The notes under the pieces are model-generated. The model was not told where the DNA came from. It made no database searches and saw only the letters and a program-made list of their open reading frames with translations. The translations under genes and the position numbers were made by a program. From a virus, in IMG/VR virus record IMGVR_UViG_3300045988_167206, positions 1-64,000 of that record: a stretch of 64,000 nt of DNA, one strand, 5' to 3'. Each line of letters opens with the position of its first letter. Position 1 is the stretch's first letter. Below, piece by piece: positions 8,386 to 17,777 of this stretch.

Positions 8386-10392
8386 ATGAAAAAAACGAAT
8401 GAGATGAAAGATCTTATTAAGAGATTAAATGTATATAGAGATGCTTATTATAATAGGTCGGAAAGCTTGATCTCTGATAAAGAATATGATCGAATGTTTG
8501 ATCGATTGATAGAACTGGAAAAAGAGACTGGTATTATTATGAGTAACTCTCCTACACAGAATATAGGATACGAAGTAAAAAGTGAGCTGCCTAAAATAAA
8601 ACATAGTCATTTGATGATGTCTTTGGACAAAACAAAAGATTATCATGAGCTGGTTGAATTTATAAATAATCACGGATGCATTCTGATGAATAAGATGGAC
8701 GGGCTGACTATTGGATTGACATATGAAAATGGTAAATTGATTAAAGCCGAAACTCGTGGAAATGGTGTTATAGGGGAAGATATTACTCATAATGCAAAAG
8801 TATTTGAGAATATTCCTTTGAATATTGAATGTATGCAGCATATGGAGTTTGAAGGTGAGGCTGTTATCACTTATGACGATCTTGAAAAGATTAATGCTAA
8901 AATAAAAGATCCGGATAAAAAATATAAAAATCCAAGAAACCTTGCTTCGGGATCAGCAAGACAGTTTGATAGTAAAATTGCAAAGGAAAGACATCTTAAG
9001 TTTGTTTTATGGAAAGTTCCGGCAGGGATGGAGAATGAAAATAGTTTCCTCGATCGCTTAGAAGACGCAAAGCAATTAGGTTTTGATATTGTCCCATATG
9101 TATATGTAGAAAAAAATACCACGGCAGAGCAGATAGAAAAGGTCATTGAATATTTAAAGGAGAAAGCAGAAGAATTATCATATCCTATTGATGGAATGGT
9201 GATTACTTATGATGATATCAATTATGGTATATCTCTTGGTATTACAGATCGATATCCAAAATATTCTCTTGCATTTAAGTTTAAAGATGATGAGTATGAT
9301 ACTGTTTTAATTGATATTGATTGGACTATTGGTAAAAGCGGGCAGCTTACGCCTACAGCAGTATTTGAGCCGGTTAAAATTGACGGAACGGAAGTTTCCA
9401 GGGCGAGCCTGCATAATGTAAGCATCTTTAAAGATCTGCAGTTACATCAGGGTGATACTGTTACTGTGTATAAGGCAAATCAGATCATCCCACAGATTGC
9501 AGAGAACCTGACTAGAGGATCTGAAGGTGGATATAAGTTTGAGGTTCCAGAAAAATGTAATTATTGTGGTGAACCTGCGGTGATTATTAAGGAAAATGAA
9601 TCAGAAGTGTTAACATGCATAAATGCTCAATGCGAAGGAAAACTTTTAGGAGAGTTATGTGCATTTGTAGGTAAGAAAGCGCATGATATAAAAGGTTTAT
9701 CTGAAGCTACGCTGTCATTAATGGTTCATACTAGAATGGTTAAATCACCAATTGATTTGTTTTCTTTATCAAACGAACGAAAAAAATTATCATATTTTCC
9801 AAGAATGGGAGCTAAGAAGGTAGACAATATCCTTAAGGCAATTGAAGACTGTCGAAATACAACATTAGAGAAATTTATTGTAGGACTGAATATTCCGCTG
9901 ATCGGAAGTCGTGCTGCCAAGGATATTGCAAAGCATGAAGAAATGAGAGCAAGAGAAAACGGAGAGAAATATTCTGTTACTCAGTTTGTTGCAGATGCAA
10001 ATAATAATTACGATTTTACATGTATTGAAGGATTGGGATCAGAACGAAATGATTTTATTCATAGGTATTTTAGAGAAAATGTTAGATATGTAATTGATCT
10101 TGCAGGAGAATTTAAATTTCCTGAAATAAATCTGGAAACAGAAAGTGTTTCAGCTGCAGCATCTTTAGAAGGGAAGAAATTCTGTATTACAGGGAAACTG
10201 CAGAAGTTTGCGAATCGAGATGCTCTTGTGGCCGATATTGAATCAAAGGGAGGTAAAGTTGTATCTGGAGTCACTAAGGCAACAGACTATTTGATTACGA
10301 ATGATAAAACAAGTGGATCAAGTAAAAATAAGAAAGCGGCAGATCTTGGAATACCCGTAATTACAGAAAAAGAGTATCTTGAAATAAAATAA
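8386..10392 (+). CDS. ligA: NAD+-dependent DNA ligase
   Basis: Adenylation motif NKMDG (KxDG), Cys4 zinc finger CNYCG..CINAQC, HhH region, and a C-terminal BRCT-like domain (GKKFCITGKL..GGKV..SVTKATDYL). 668 aa. Confidence 0.95.
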   Translation: MKKTNEMKDLIKRLNVYRDAYYNRSESLISDKEYDRMFDRLIELEKETGIIMSNSPTQNIGYEVKSELPKIKHSHLMMSLDKTKDYHELVEFINNHGCILMNKMDGLTIGLTYENGKLIKAETRGNGVIGEDITHNAKVFENIPLNIECMQHMEFEGEAVITYDDLEKINAKIKDPDKKYKNPRNLASGSARQFDSKIAKERHLKFVLWKVPAGMENENSFLDRLEDAKQLGFDIVPYVYVEKNTTAEQIEKVIEYLKEKAEELSYPIDGMVITYDDINYGISLGITDRYPKYSLAFKFKDDEYDTVLIDIDWTIGKSGQLTPTAVFEPVKIDGTEVSRASLHNVSIFKDLQLHQGDTVTVYKANQIIPQIAENLTRGSEGGYKFEVPEKCNYCGEPAVIIKENESEVLTCINAQCEGKLLGELCAFVGKKAHDIKGLSEATLSLMVHTRMVKSPIDLFSLSNERKKLSYFPRMGAKKVDNILKAIEDCRNTTLEKFIVGLNIPLIGSRAAKDIAKHEEMRARENGEKYSVTQFVADANNNYDFTCIEGLGSERNDFIHRYFRENVRYVIDLAGEFKFPEINLETESVSAAASLEGKKFCITGKLQKFANRDALVADIESKGGKVVSGVTKATDYLITNDKTSGSSKNKKAADLGIPVITEKEYLEIK

Positions 10393-10406
10393 TGTAAAAT
10401 TTAAAA
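10388..10406 (+). promoter_or_regulatory. Recurrent 19-nt element, copy 3
   Basis: aataatgtaaaatttaaaa overlaps the ligA stop, upstream of the sigma-A promoter. Confidence 0.8.
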
Positions 10407-10413
10407 ATATGTA

Positions 10414-10442
10414 TTGACATATAAGGAAATATAATGTATAGT
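10414..10442 (+). promoter_or_regulatory. Sigma-A (sigma-70) type promoter
   Basis: TTGACA-17 nt-TATAGT. Confidence 0.65.
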
Positions 10443-10455
10443 AAAGTGCATCAAG

Positions 10456-10474
10456 AATAATGTAAAAAATGAAA
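10456..10474 (+). promoter_or_regulatory. Recurrent 19-nt element, copy 4
   Basis: aataatgtaaaaaatgaaa lies downstream of the sigma-A promoter, 33 nt before the ATG at 10489. Confidence 0.7.
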
Positions 10475-10488
10475 GCGAATAAAGAGAA

Positions 10489-11100
10489 ATGAAATTTTGC
10501 GTTAAATCTAGAAATAATGAATACATAACAATATTATCAGATAGCTCTTTATGGCTAACATCTGATGTGAGTAAAGCATTTTTGTTTAAAAATAAAGAAA
10601 AAGCAAGAAATGTAGCGAGGCATGGTATTTCTAATAAATTCAGAAGACAACATGGTCCATTTTCGATATGTGCTGTTGAAGAAGAACCTGTAGCTATGCT
10701 ACCAGAAGGAAAACCAATACAAGTAGAAAATCAAGTACAGGAAATAGAAGTAGAAGTCCCTGTATTTGCCGAAAATTTCTTTATGGAAATGAAAAATTTA
10801 ATAGATGAAAACAAATCTGATATATCTGATAGATTATCAGAAATTGATCTTGAGTTATCAGATATGTTACATTATATTGAATTTCATAAATTTTCTGCTT
10901 GTGAGGGATATAAATTATGCAAGAAGTTACAAGAAATCTTGGATAGGAGGAGAGTGATAAAAAATGAAATGAAAGTTGTGCAAGAGACAGAGAGGATTTA
11001 TAATCCACTAAGTATTACTGATAAAGTTAAACATCAAATTTATGAACCAAGAGTTCTAAATACATTATTTGATGAAAACAAAGGTAAAATTCGCTCATAA
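10489..11100 (+). CDS. Hypothetical protein
   Basis: 203-aa ORF downstream of a sigma-A-type promoter and a copy of the 19-nt element. Confidence 0.5.
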   Translation: MKFCVKSRNNEYITILSDSSLWLTSDVSKAFLFKNKEKARNVARHGISNKFRRQHGPFSICAVEEEPVAMLPEGKPIQVENQVQEIEVEVPVFAENFFMEMKNLIDENKSDISDRLSEIDLELSDMLHYIEFHKFSACEGYKLCKKLQEILDRRRVIKNEMKVVQETERIYNPLSITDKVKHQIYEPRVLNTLFDENKGKIRS

Positions 11101-11119
11101 AATAATGTAAGATTTAAAA
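11101..11119 (+). promoter_or_regulatory. Recurrent 19-nt element, copy 5
   Basis: aataatgtaagatttaaaa. Confidence 0.75.
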
Positions 11120-11147
11120 TAATATCAATTAAAAGGAGATAAAAGAA

Positions 11148-13220
11148 ATGAGATTTGAAGAATTCAACAAAAAGCTGCAGAAACATTTTTCTGAAATGGT
11201 AAAAGGATCAGAGAGATTATTTGAAGTAGATTTTGATTATGAGGAGATGAATAATCTTTATCTTAACTCTTTCCCGGCAGGAACAAATGAAGTTTATCGT
11301 AAAAGAAGAGAGTATGATTGTAGTTGCTGCAGACATTTCATTAGAGACATCGGAAATGTCGTAGCCATTAAAAATGGGCAGCTGCATACACTTTGGGAAT
11401 TAAATCTCAATGATGAAGTATTCTCTATAGTAGCTAAAGCTCTTGACGAATATATTCGTGAAAAAGCTGTAAAAGGTGTGTACCTTAGAAAAGAGAAAAG
11501 AATTGGAACACAGTTTAGTAGAGAAATGCTTCCGACTGGTGAGGTTAATCGATACGATCATTACTTTATTGATCTTCCAGAAATTTGTATTTATGAAGAA
11601 AGTTGGAATACTACACTAGACGGAGAAAAAGGAAAGTTCAGAGATACAAGAAATGTGTTTAAACGTTCTCTTGATGAAATTGATTCTGAAGCTGTAGACA
11701 CTGTTCTTGAACTGATCAGCCAGAATTCATTGTATAAAGGTGCCGAATGGAAAGCGGTTTTACAGGAATTTAAAAAGTACCAGAAGGAATATAATAAACT
11801 TTCTCCAGAAGAAAAAGAACTTTGGACCTGGGAAAAATCGATTAGTGCCGGTATGTCAGTAGGCCGTATTAGAAATCATAGCATGGGAACATTACTTGTT
11901 AATCTTTCTGAAGGAATGGAGCTTGATACAGCAGTAAAGAAATATGAGCAGATTGTAGCCCCGGCAAATTATAAGAGACCGAAAGCAATCTTTACAAAGA
12001 AAATGCTTGAAGATGCAAAGAAAACTATTACAGAGCTTGGTTATATGGATGCTCTTCAGAGAAGATTTGCTACTCTTGATGACATCACAGTAAATAATAT
12101 CTTATTCTCAAATAAAGATGCTGCAAAGAGAATTACGGGTGCAGATGATCTGTTTGGAGAGATGGAAAAAGATGTTGCGATTAATCCTAAGAAATTCTCC
12201 AAGGTAGAAGAAATCAGTGTAAGAGATTTCATTAACAATGTTCTCCCTACAGCAAAAGAGCTTGAAGTATTCTTTGAGAATAAGCATGAGAAAAACATGG
12301 TATCACTTATTGCTCCGGAAAACAAAGAAGCAAAGACGATGTTCAAATGGAACAATCCATTTTCTTGGGCTTATACAGGAAATATTACAGATTCTGATAT
12401 TAAAGAAAATGTAAAGGCTGCTGGTGGATCTGTAACTGGTGTACTTAGATTTTCTATTCAGTGGAATGATGGAGGAAAAGATAATTCAGATCTTGATGCT
12501 CATTGCATTGAGCCAAATGGAACAGAAATTTATTATGCAACATTTAAAAAGCCACTAATGACTAATATGGGTGGCCAGCTTGATATTGATATAATGGAAC
12601 CGTTCGCACAGTGTGCGAATTCAAATGGAGTTGCGGTCGAAAATATCACATATGCTACAAAATCAAAAATGAAACCTGGCAGATATAAATTCTTTGTAAA
12701 TCAGTTTTGTTCAAGAGGATCAAAAGGATTTAAAGCTGAAGTTGAAGTAGATGGTGAAATTCACTCTTATGAATATGATCAGCCGGTACGAGGAGATGTT
12801 CATGTTGCTGAGGTAATTATGGATGATGATGGAAACTTTAAAGTTATTGATAGACTTAATGGAAATAGTGTAATGACAAGCAAAGAGGTTTGGAATGTTA
12901 AAACAAACCAGTTTATGCCGGTATCTGTTGTATGCTATTCTCCAAACTATTGGGACGAGCAGAAGGGAATTGGACATCAGCATTTGTTCTTTATGCTTAA
13001 AGATTGTGTGAATCCGGAAGAGCCAAATGGATACTACAATGAATTCCTTAAACCGGAACTTGAGCAGCACAAAAGAGTATTCGAAGCACTTGGTGCAAAG
13101 GCACATGTAAAAGATGTAGATGATCAGCTTTCTGGCATTGGATTTAGTCTAACTAAGAGAAATGATCTGATTGTTAAAGTCAAAGGTGCAACTGAAAGGG
13201 TATTGAAGATTAAATTTTAA
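11148..13220 (+). CDS. Large hypothetical protein (690 aa) with N-terminal Cys cluster and DUF2135-like C-terminal beta-sandwich
   Basis: RBS aAAAGGAGAtaaaagaa. N-terminal CSCCRH cluster. The C-terminal segment LRFSIQWNDGG.DNSDLDAHCIEPNGTEIYY....GGQLDIDI..PGRYKFFVNQF resembles the YfaP/DUF2135 pattern. Confidence 0.5.
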   Translation: MRFEEFNKKLQKHFSEMVKGSERLFEVDFDYEEMNNLYLNSFPAGTNEVYRKRREYDCSCCRHFIRDIGNVVAIKNGQLHTLWELNLNDEVFSIVAKALDEYIREKAVKGVYLRKEKRIGTQFSREMLPTGEVNRYDHYFIDLPEICIYEESWNTTLDGEKGKFRDTRNVFKRSLDEIDSEAVDTVLELISQNSLYKGAEWKAVLQEFKKYQKEYNKLSPEEKELWTWEKSISAGMSVGRIRNHSMGTLLVNLSEGMELDTAVKKYEQIVAPANYKRPKAIFTKKMLEDAKKTITELGYMDALQRRFATLDDITVNNILFSNKDAAKRITGADDLFGEMEKDVAINPKKFSKVEEISVRDFINNVLPTAKELEVFFENKHEKNMVSLIAPENKEAKTMFKWNNPFSWAYTGNITDSDIKENVKAAGGSVTGVLRFSIQWNDGGKDNSDLDAHCIEPNGTEIYYATFKKPLMTNMGGQLDIDIMEPFAQCANSNGVAVENITYATKSKMKPGRYKFFVNQFCSRGSKGFKAEVEVDGEIHSYEYDQPVRGDVHVAEVIMDDDGNFKVIDRLNGNSVMTSKEVWNVKTNQFMPVSVVCYSPNYWDEQKGIGHQHLFFMLKDCVNPEEPNGYYNEFLKPELEQHKRVFEALGAKAHVKDVDDQLSGIGFSLTKRNDLIVKVKGATERVLKIKF

Positions 13221-13262
13221 TCTTTAATAATAAATAATGATTTAATCAAAAGGAGTAGAAAA

Positions 13263-13640
13263 ATGGAATTAACAAACGTATTTGAAAGGGCAGCTATGAA
13301 TAAGTACAGATTTCCTTATAAGGGACAGATTTCTGTAGAAGATCTTTGGGATCTATCTCTTCCAGGACTTGATTCTGTATTCAAACATCTTAACAAGCTG
13401 AAAAAGGCAAATGAAGAGGAAAGTCTTCTTGAAGTGAAATCTGCAGCCGATGTAGAGCTGGAAGATAAGATTGCTATTGTGAAATTTATTGTTAAATACA
13501 AACAGGACGCAGCATTTGCAAGACTTACCGAAAAAGAAAATAAAGAATACAATCAGAAAATTATGGCTATTATTGAAAAGAAACAGGATCAGGCACTTGA
13601 AAATATGTCTGTAGAAGAACTTCAGAAACATTTAAGATAA
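13263..13640 (+). CDS. Hypothetical protein
   Basis: 125-aa ORF after RBS aAAAGGAGtagaaaa. Confidence 0.5.
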   Translation: MELTNVFERAAMNKYRFPYKGQISVEDLWDLSLPGLDSVFKHLNKLKKANEEESLLEVKSAADVELEDKIAIVKFIVKYKQDAAFARLTEKENKEYNQKIMAIIEKKQDQALENMSVEELQKHLR

Positions 13641-13657
13641 ATAAAGGAGAGAAACAA

Positions 13658-16282
13658 ATGAACGGATTGAGTAGTAAAGAAGTTTCTCAGAGTAGGGCTT
13701 TATATGGGAGCAATAAGCTCCCTGAGCCTAAAATGAAGAAATGGTATCATTTTGCAAAGGAAGCATTAACAGAGTCAATTACAATGATTCTTATTGCGAT
13801 TGCAGTATTTCAGATAATTCTTGGAGTTATTGGCGTAGCAGAAATTTCTGAACCAATTATGATTCTTGTGGTACTTTCAATTGTAACAGGAATTGCAATT
13901 AAAACAGGTCTTGGTGTACAGAAATCAGCGGCAGAATTAAAAGCGAAAACATCTCTTAGGTACTGTGATGTAATTCGAGATGGAAAATTACAGACAATTA
14001 ATAAAGATGATCTTGTAGTTGGTGATATTGTAATCATTAGAACTGGTCAGGAAATATTCGCTGATGGATATATTGTTGAAGGAAAAATTTCTGTAAACAA
14101 TGCAGCTATTAATGGAGAATCAAAGGAATGCAAAAAGACTCCGATTGATGGATATAAACATGTAAAAACTACATCAACAGATGCATATACAAATCAGAAC
14201 TGCTTATTTGCCGGCACCACTGTAATGTCTGGAGAAGGTAAGATGATTGTAACGGAAGTTGGTGTTAATACAGTAAATGGTGATACTCTTGTAAAGATGC
14301 AGACACTTGAAGCACCTAAAACAGCACTTGATATTGCTCTTGATAATCTGTGTGATTTTATTTCTAAATGGGGAACAATTGCAGCAGTATTAGCATTTGT
14401 GATCATGACAGTTTCTGGAATTATGCAGGCCGGTGGTATGTCTCAGTATTTCAATGGAGGTATCCTTGAAAATATCCAGAAGATTGCTACTAATTTCTCA
14501 ATTGCATTGACTATTATTGTTGCAGCTGTTCCGGAAGGATTACCGCTTATTGTAAAACTGGTAACGAAACAGAATGTAAGTACAATGGAAAAATTTAATA
14601 TCCTTGCTAAGAATCCAGGAAAAATTCCGGAGCTTGCATATGTAAATCTTATTTGTACTGATAAAACAGGGACACTTACAACAGGTATTATGACACCAAA
14701 AGTAATGGTGAATGGTGCTTGCGAAGATATTATGAATGATAAAGATTCTGTTGCTGCAGGTCTTATTAAGAATAATGTATGTTTAAATAATAGTGCTGAT
14801 TATGATGCTGACGGAAATATTACTGGTGGTAACTCAATTGATAGAGCAGTATTAGGATTATATTCAAATGGAAATTGTAGAATCGTTAAAGAATCATTTG
14901 CAGTAAAAAATAGACTTCCTTTTAGTAGCGAGAATAAGTATTCTGCTATAGAAGTTGCTAGTTTAACAGCTGATGCACAGATGACTTTATATAAAGGTGC
15001 TCCTGAAAAACTTATTCAGAGATGCTCTTACTACATTGCAAACAGTGGAGAAGTAAAACAGTTTACAGATTCTGATAGAAAAGCAATGGAAAGTTATATT
15101 AAAGGACTTACAGAAAAAGCAATGAGATGTATTGCTCTTACAATGTCTGATTTCTTTAAGGAAGACGAACTTCCGAAAGATATGACATTACTTGGAGTAA
15201 TCGGTGTTGTTGATCCACTTAGAGAAGAAGTTCCAGATGCTGTAAAGACTGCAAATGAAGCGGGGATCCAGGTAATTGAGATTACTGGTGATTGTCTTGA
15301 AACAGCAAAAGCAGTAGCAGCAGAAGCTGGTATTTATCATCCTTGGGATAAGGCAATTACAAATGATGAATTTGAAGCTATGTCAGATAACGAAGTAAAA
15401 GAAATCATTCCTAAATTAAGAGTTATTTCCAGATGTTCACCTAATACAAAACTTAGATTAGTAACTCTTGCTCAGGAAATTGGAATGTCTGTTGCTATGA
15501 CAGGCGATGGTGTTAATGATTCCCCAGCATTAAAGAAAGCTGATGTAGGATTTGGAATGGAATCTGGATCTGATGTTGCGAAAGAAGCAAGTGATATTAT
15601 TTTTACAGATAATAACTTTGCATCAACTGTAAAAGCAACGGAACTTGGTAGAACATTTATGCACAATATTATGATGTTCCTTGAGTTTCAGCTGCCAATT
15701 AACATTTCATTACTTATCTTAAGTATGATTTATCCGGTAATTTCTGGTGGAGCTGCGTTACTTGCATCAGTACAGATTCTGATTGTGAATATTATCATGG
15801 ACTCTCTCAACTCACTGAGTTTTGGTGGTGAGCCTCCAAAAGCGGAATATATGAAAGAAAAACCAATTAAAAAGGGATCTGGATTATTTATTCGTGGTGC
15901 TAAAAAGCGAATTGCTTTATCAACAATCGTATTTATTGTTTTGTTTGGTGCGATTACATATGGTCCAATTGCGGCGATATTTGCTACACCAGAACTGGCT
16001 ATTACAGCAAGATTTGCATTACTTTGTTTTATGGCTGTATTTAATGGATTTACAATTAGAACGGAAAGTATGAATCTTTTCAATGGCCTTGGTAAGAATA
16101 AAGCTTTTTCAGTAATTGCTGTTGGAATTATGATTATGACACTGCTCTTATGTAATATTGCAGGAAGTCTTGTTCAGACAACACCACTTGATTTAAAACA
16201 TTGGATTGTAGTGATTATTGTGGCATTTATGATTGTACCTGTTGATATTATTAGAAAAGGAATTAAAAAGATTAAAAAATAA
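13658..16282 (+). CDS. P-type (P2, Ca2+-type) cation-transporting ATPase
   Basis: Phosphorylation site CTDKTGTLT, actuator-like NGES, TM4 motif PEGLP, and hinge motifs TGD and MTGDGVNDSPALKKADVG. About 10 predicted TM helices. 874 aa. RBS AAAGGAGAGaaacaa. Confidence 0.9.
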   Translation: MNGLSSKEVSQSRALYGSNKLPEPKMKKWYHFAKEALTESITMILIAIAVFQIILGVIGVAEISEPIMILVVLSIVTGIAIKTGLGVQKSAAELKAKTSLRYCDVIRDGKLQTINKDDLVVGDIVIIRTGQEIFADGYIVEGKISVNNAAINGESKECKKTPIDGYKHVKTTSTDAYTNQNCLFAGTTVMSGEGKMIVTEVGVNTVNGDTLVKMQTLEAPKTALDIALDNLCDFISKWGTIAAVLAFVIMTVSGIMQAGGMSQYFNGGILENIQKIATNFSIALTIIVAAVPEGLPLIVKLVTKQNVSTMEKFNILAKNPGKIPELAYVNLICTDKTGTLTTGIMTPKVMVNGACEDIMNDKDSVAAGLIKNNVCLNNSADYDADGNITGGNSIDRAVLGLYSNGNCRIVKESFAVKNRLPFSSENKYSAIEVASLTADAQMTLYKGAPEKLIQRCSYYIANSGEVKQFTDSDRKAMESYIKGLTEKAMRCIALTMSDFFKEDELPKDMTLLGVIGVVDPLREEVPDAVKTANEAGIQVIEITGDCLETAKAVAAEAGIYHPWDKAITNDEFEAMSDNEVKEIIPKLRVISRCSPNTKLRLVTLAQEIGMSVAMTGDGVNDSPALKKADVGFGMESGSDVAKEASDIIFTDNNFASTVKATELGRTFMHNIMMFLEFQLPINISLLILSMIYPVISGGAALLASVQILIVNIIMDSLNSLSFGGEPPKAEYMKEKPIKKGSGLFIRGAKKRIALSTIVFIVLFGAITYGPIAAIFATPELAITARFALLCFMAVFNGFTIRTESMNLFNGLGKNKAFSVIAVGIMIMTLLLCNIAGSLVQTTPLDLKHWIVVIIVAFMIVPVDIIRKGIKKIKK

Positions 16283-16295
16283 AGGAGATTTTGAA

Positions 16296-17084
16296 ATGGG
16301 ACTGTTTAATAAACTTTTTGGAAATAAAGAGAAATCAGATGCTGTAGTCACACAGCAGCCATTTACAGGAGTAAAAGAAAGTACTCCTGTAATGACACTG
16401 AATTCATCTGCTGCGGCTGTAATTGATATGTCAAAATCAAAAGAAAACCTTAATACTGTTTTAATTGATATGTCAAAGGGAAGCAAAATTGACATGACAA
16501 AGCATGTTGCCAGGGTAGCACTTGCTATGGATTATTCTGGATCTATGGATCGTTTATTTGATAACGGGTCTGTACAGAAAACAATTTCAAGATTACTTCC
16601 TATTGCACTTAAATTTGATGATAATGGTGAGCTGGAATCCTGGTTATTCTCCACTGATTATAAACGTCTTGATGCTGTTACAGAAAAGAACTATGAAAAT
16701 TATGTAAAAAGAGTAATGCAGAGATCTGGAATGTATATGGGAGGTACATATTACGAACCGGTTTTAAGCGATATGGTTAATTATTATAAAAACATTGAAC
16801 CAAGCGAAATTCCAGCATTTATAATTTTTATTACTGACGGAGAGAATATGGATAAGAGTAATACAAACCGTATTATTCGAGAGTTATCTGAGTATAATAT
16901 TTTTGTTCAGTTTATTGGAATCGGAGATGAAGATTTTGATTATTTGAAATCACTTGATAAGCTTGAAGGAAGAAAGCATGACAATACTGGATTTACAGCT
17001 GTAAAAGATATGAATAAACTTGATGACCAGCAGCTTTATACGGAAATTCTTCGTCAGTATAAAGACTGGTTAAATAAGAAATGA
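16296..17084 (+). CDS. vWA-domain protein (TerF-C / TerY-like)
   Basis: MIDAS motif LAMDYSGSMD, with downstream FITDGEN. The start was moved to ATG 16296 (RBS AAAGGAGattttgaa) because the track start at 16233 lies inside the ATPase gene. Confidence 0.7.
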   Translation: MGLFNKLFGNKEKSDAVVTQQPFTGVKESTPVMTLNSSAAAVIDMSKSKENLNTVLIDMSKGSKIDMTKHVARVALAMDYSGSMDRLFDNGSVQKTISRLLPIALKFDDNGELESWLFSTDYKRLDAVTEKNYENYVKRVMQRSGMYMGGTYYEPVLSDMVNYYKNIEPSEIPAFIIFITDGENMDKSNTNRIIRELSEYNIFVQFIGIGDEDFDYLKSLDKLEGRKHDNTGFTAVKDMNKLDDQQLYTEILRQYKDWLNKK

Positions 17085-17135
17085 ATTGAAATGCATATAG
17101 TATATTGTTAAATAATTGTAAAAGGAGAACGAATA

Positions 17136-17774
17136 ATGGCAGTAATTAATATGAGTAAAAACCAGAAAATTAGTATGACAAAGGAAGATGGATCCGCAGT
17201 AAAGACTTTCTTTATTGGGGTTAATTGGGAAGAAAATAGATATGCAGGAGAGTCTGATATTGACTTTGATATTAATGGATTCATTACAAATTCTGATAGA
17301 AAAGTAATCTTTCCACAAGATGTTATTAATTATGCTACATATGGAAATGGATCTGATTATCCTTGGATTGAGTATTCTGGAGATAATAGAACCGGTGATG
17401 ATGCAGAAGGAATTACATTTAATGGAAAACATTTTGATGAATATTTTATTATTCATGCTGATACTTTCCCTACTGATCGAACTGATTTTACTATTTGCCT
17501 TACAATTTTCAGAGCTATTCAGAGAAAACAGAATTTTGGTATGGTTAGAAATGCTACGATGACTATTTGTGATTATGATAATCCGAATGGAGATAAGTAT
17601 GAGTTTGATCTTTCTGAGGATGAAAATTTTGAAAATCTGAATGCAGTTGAAATGGGTAGACTGTATAAATACGGAAATGGATTTAAGTTTCAGGCTCTTG
17701 GTACTGGTTATATGGGTGGAATGACAGAACTGTTTAAAAACTTTGGACTTGATATTGACGAAGGGAGAGATTGA
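17136..17774 (+). CDS. TerD-family (tellurite-resistance/Ca-binding) domain protein
   Basis: N-terminal L.KGQK..L-type opening (INMSKNQKISMTK), FFIGVNWE, and the Ca-binding signature GDNRTGDDAEG. Confidence 0.75.
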   Translation: MAVINMSKNQKISMTKEDGSAVKTFFIGVNWEENRYAGESDIDFDINGFITNSDRKVIFPQDVINYATYGNGSDYPWIEYSGDNRTGDDAEGITFNGKHFDEYFIIHADTFPTDRTDFTICLTIFRAIQRKQNFGMVRNATMTICDYDNPNGDKYEFDLSEDENFENLNAVEMGRLYKYGNGFKFQALGTGYMGGMTELFKNFGLDIDEGRD

Positions 17775-17777
17775 TTT

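Noticed and set aside
8425-10274. Minus-strand ORFs inside ligA (8425-8841, 8871-9146, 9222-9425, 9726-9920, 10059-10274). The same applies to similar antisense ORFs inside the 690-aa gene, the ATPase, AAA_24, dnaE, recD-like, nrdJ, SPFH, Nampt and nadE genes.
   Set aside because: They are shadow frames opposite long, motif-supported + strand genes. They have no RBS, a low-complexity composition, and would break the uniform + strand organisation.
13233-13251. Additional degenerate matches to the 19-nt element (aataatgatttaatcaaaa at 13233). Partial AAATAAT starts also occur after stops at 23066, 26774, 43042 and 45466.
   Set aside because: Only the first 7-8 nt match. In an AT-rich genome where many genes end in TAA, this is expected by chance, so they are not counted among the 15 copies.
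16233-16295. The upstream start of the vWA ORF overlapping the ATPase 3' end. The same kind of extended start occurs at 688, 2275, 2793, 3108, 18555, 37864, 43484, 43839, 44709, 45524, 48773, 49882, 52983, 54210, 55756 and 60684.
   Set aside because: In each case an internal ATG with a proper GGAGG-like RBS, or a TAATG coupling, removes the overlap with the preceding gene. The conserved domain begins after the internal start.
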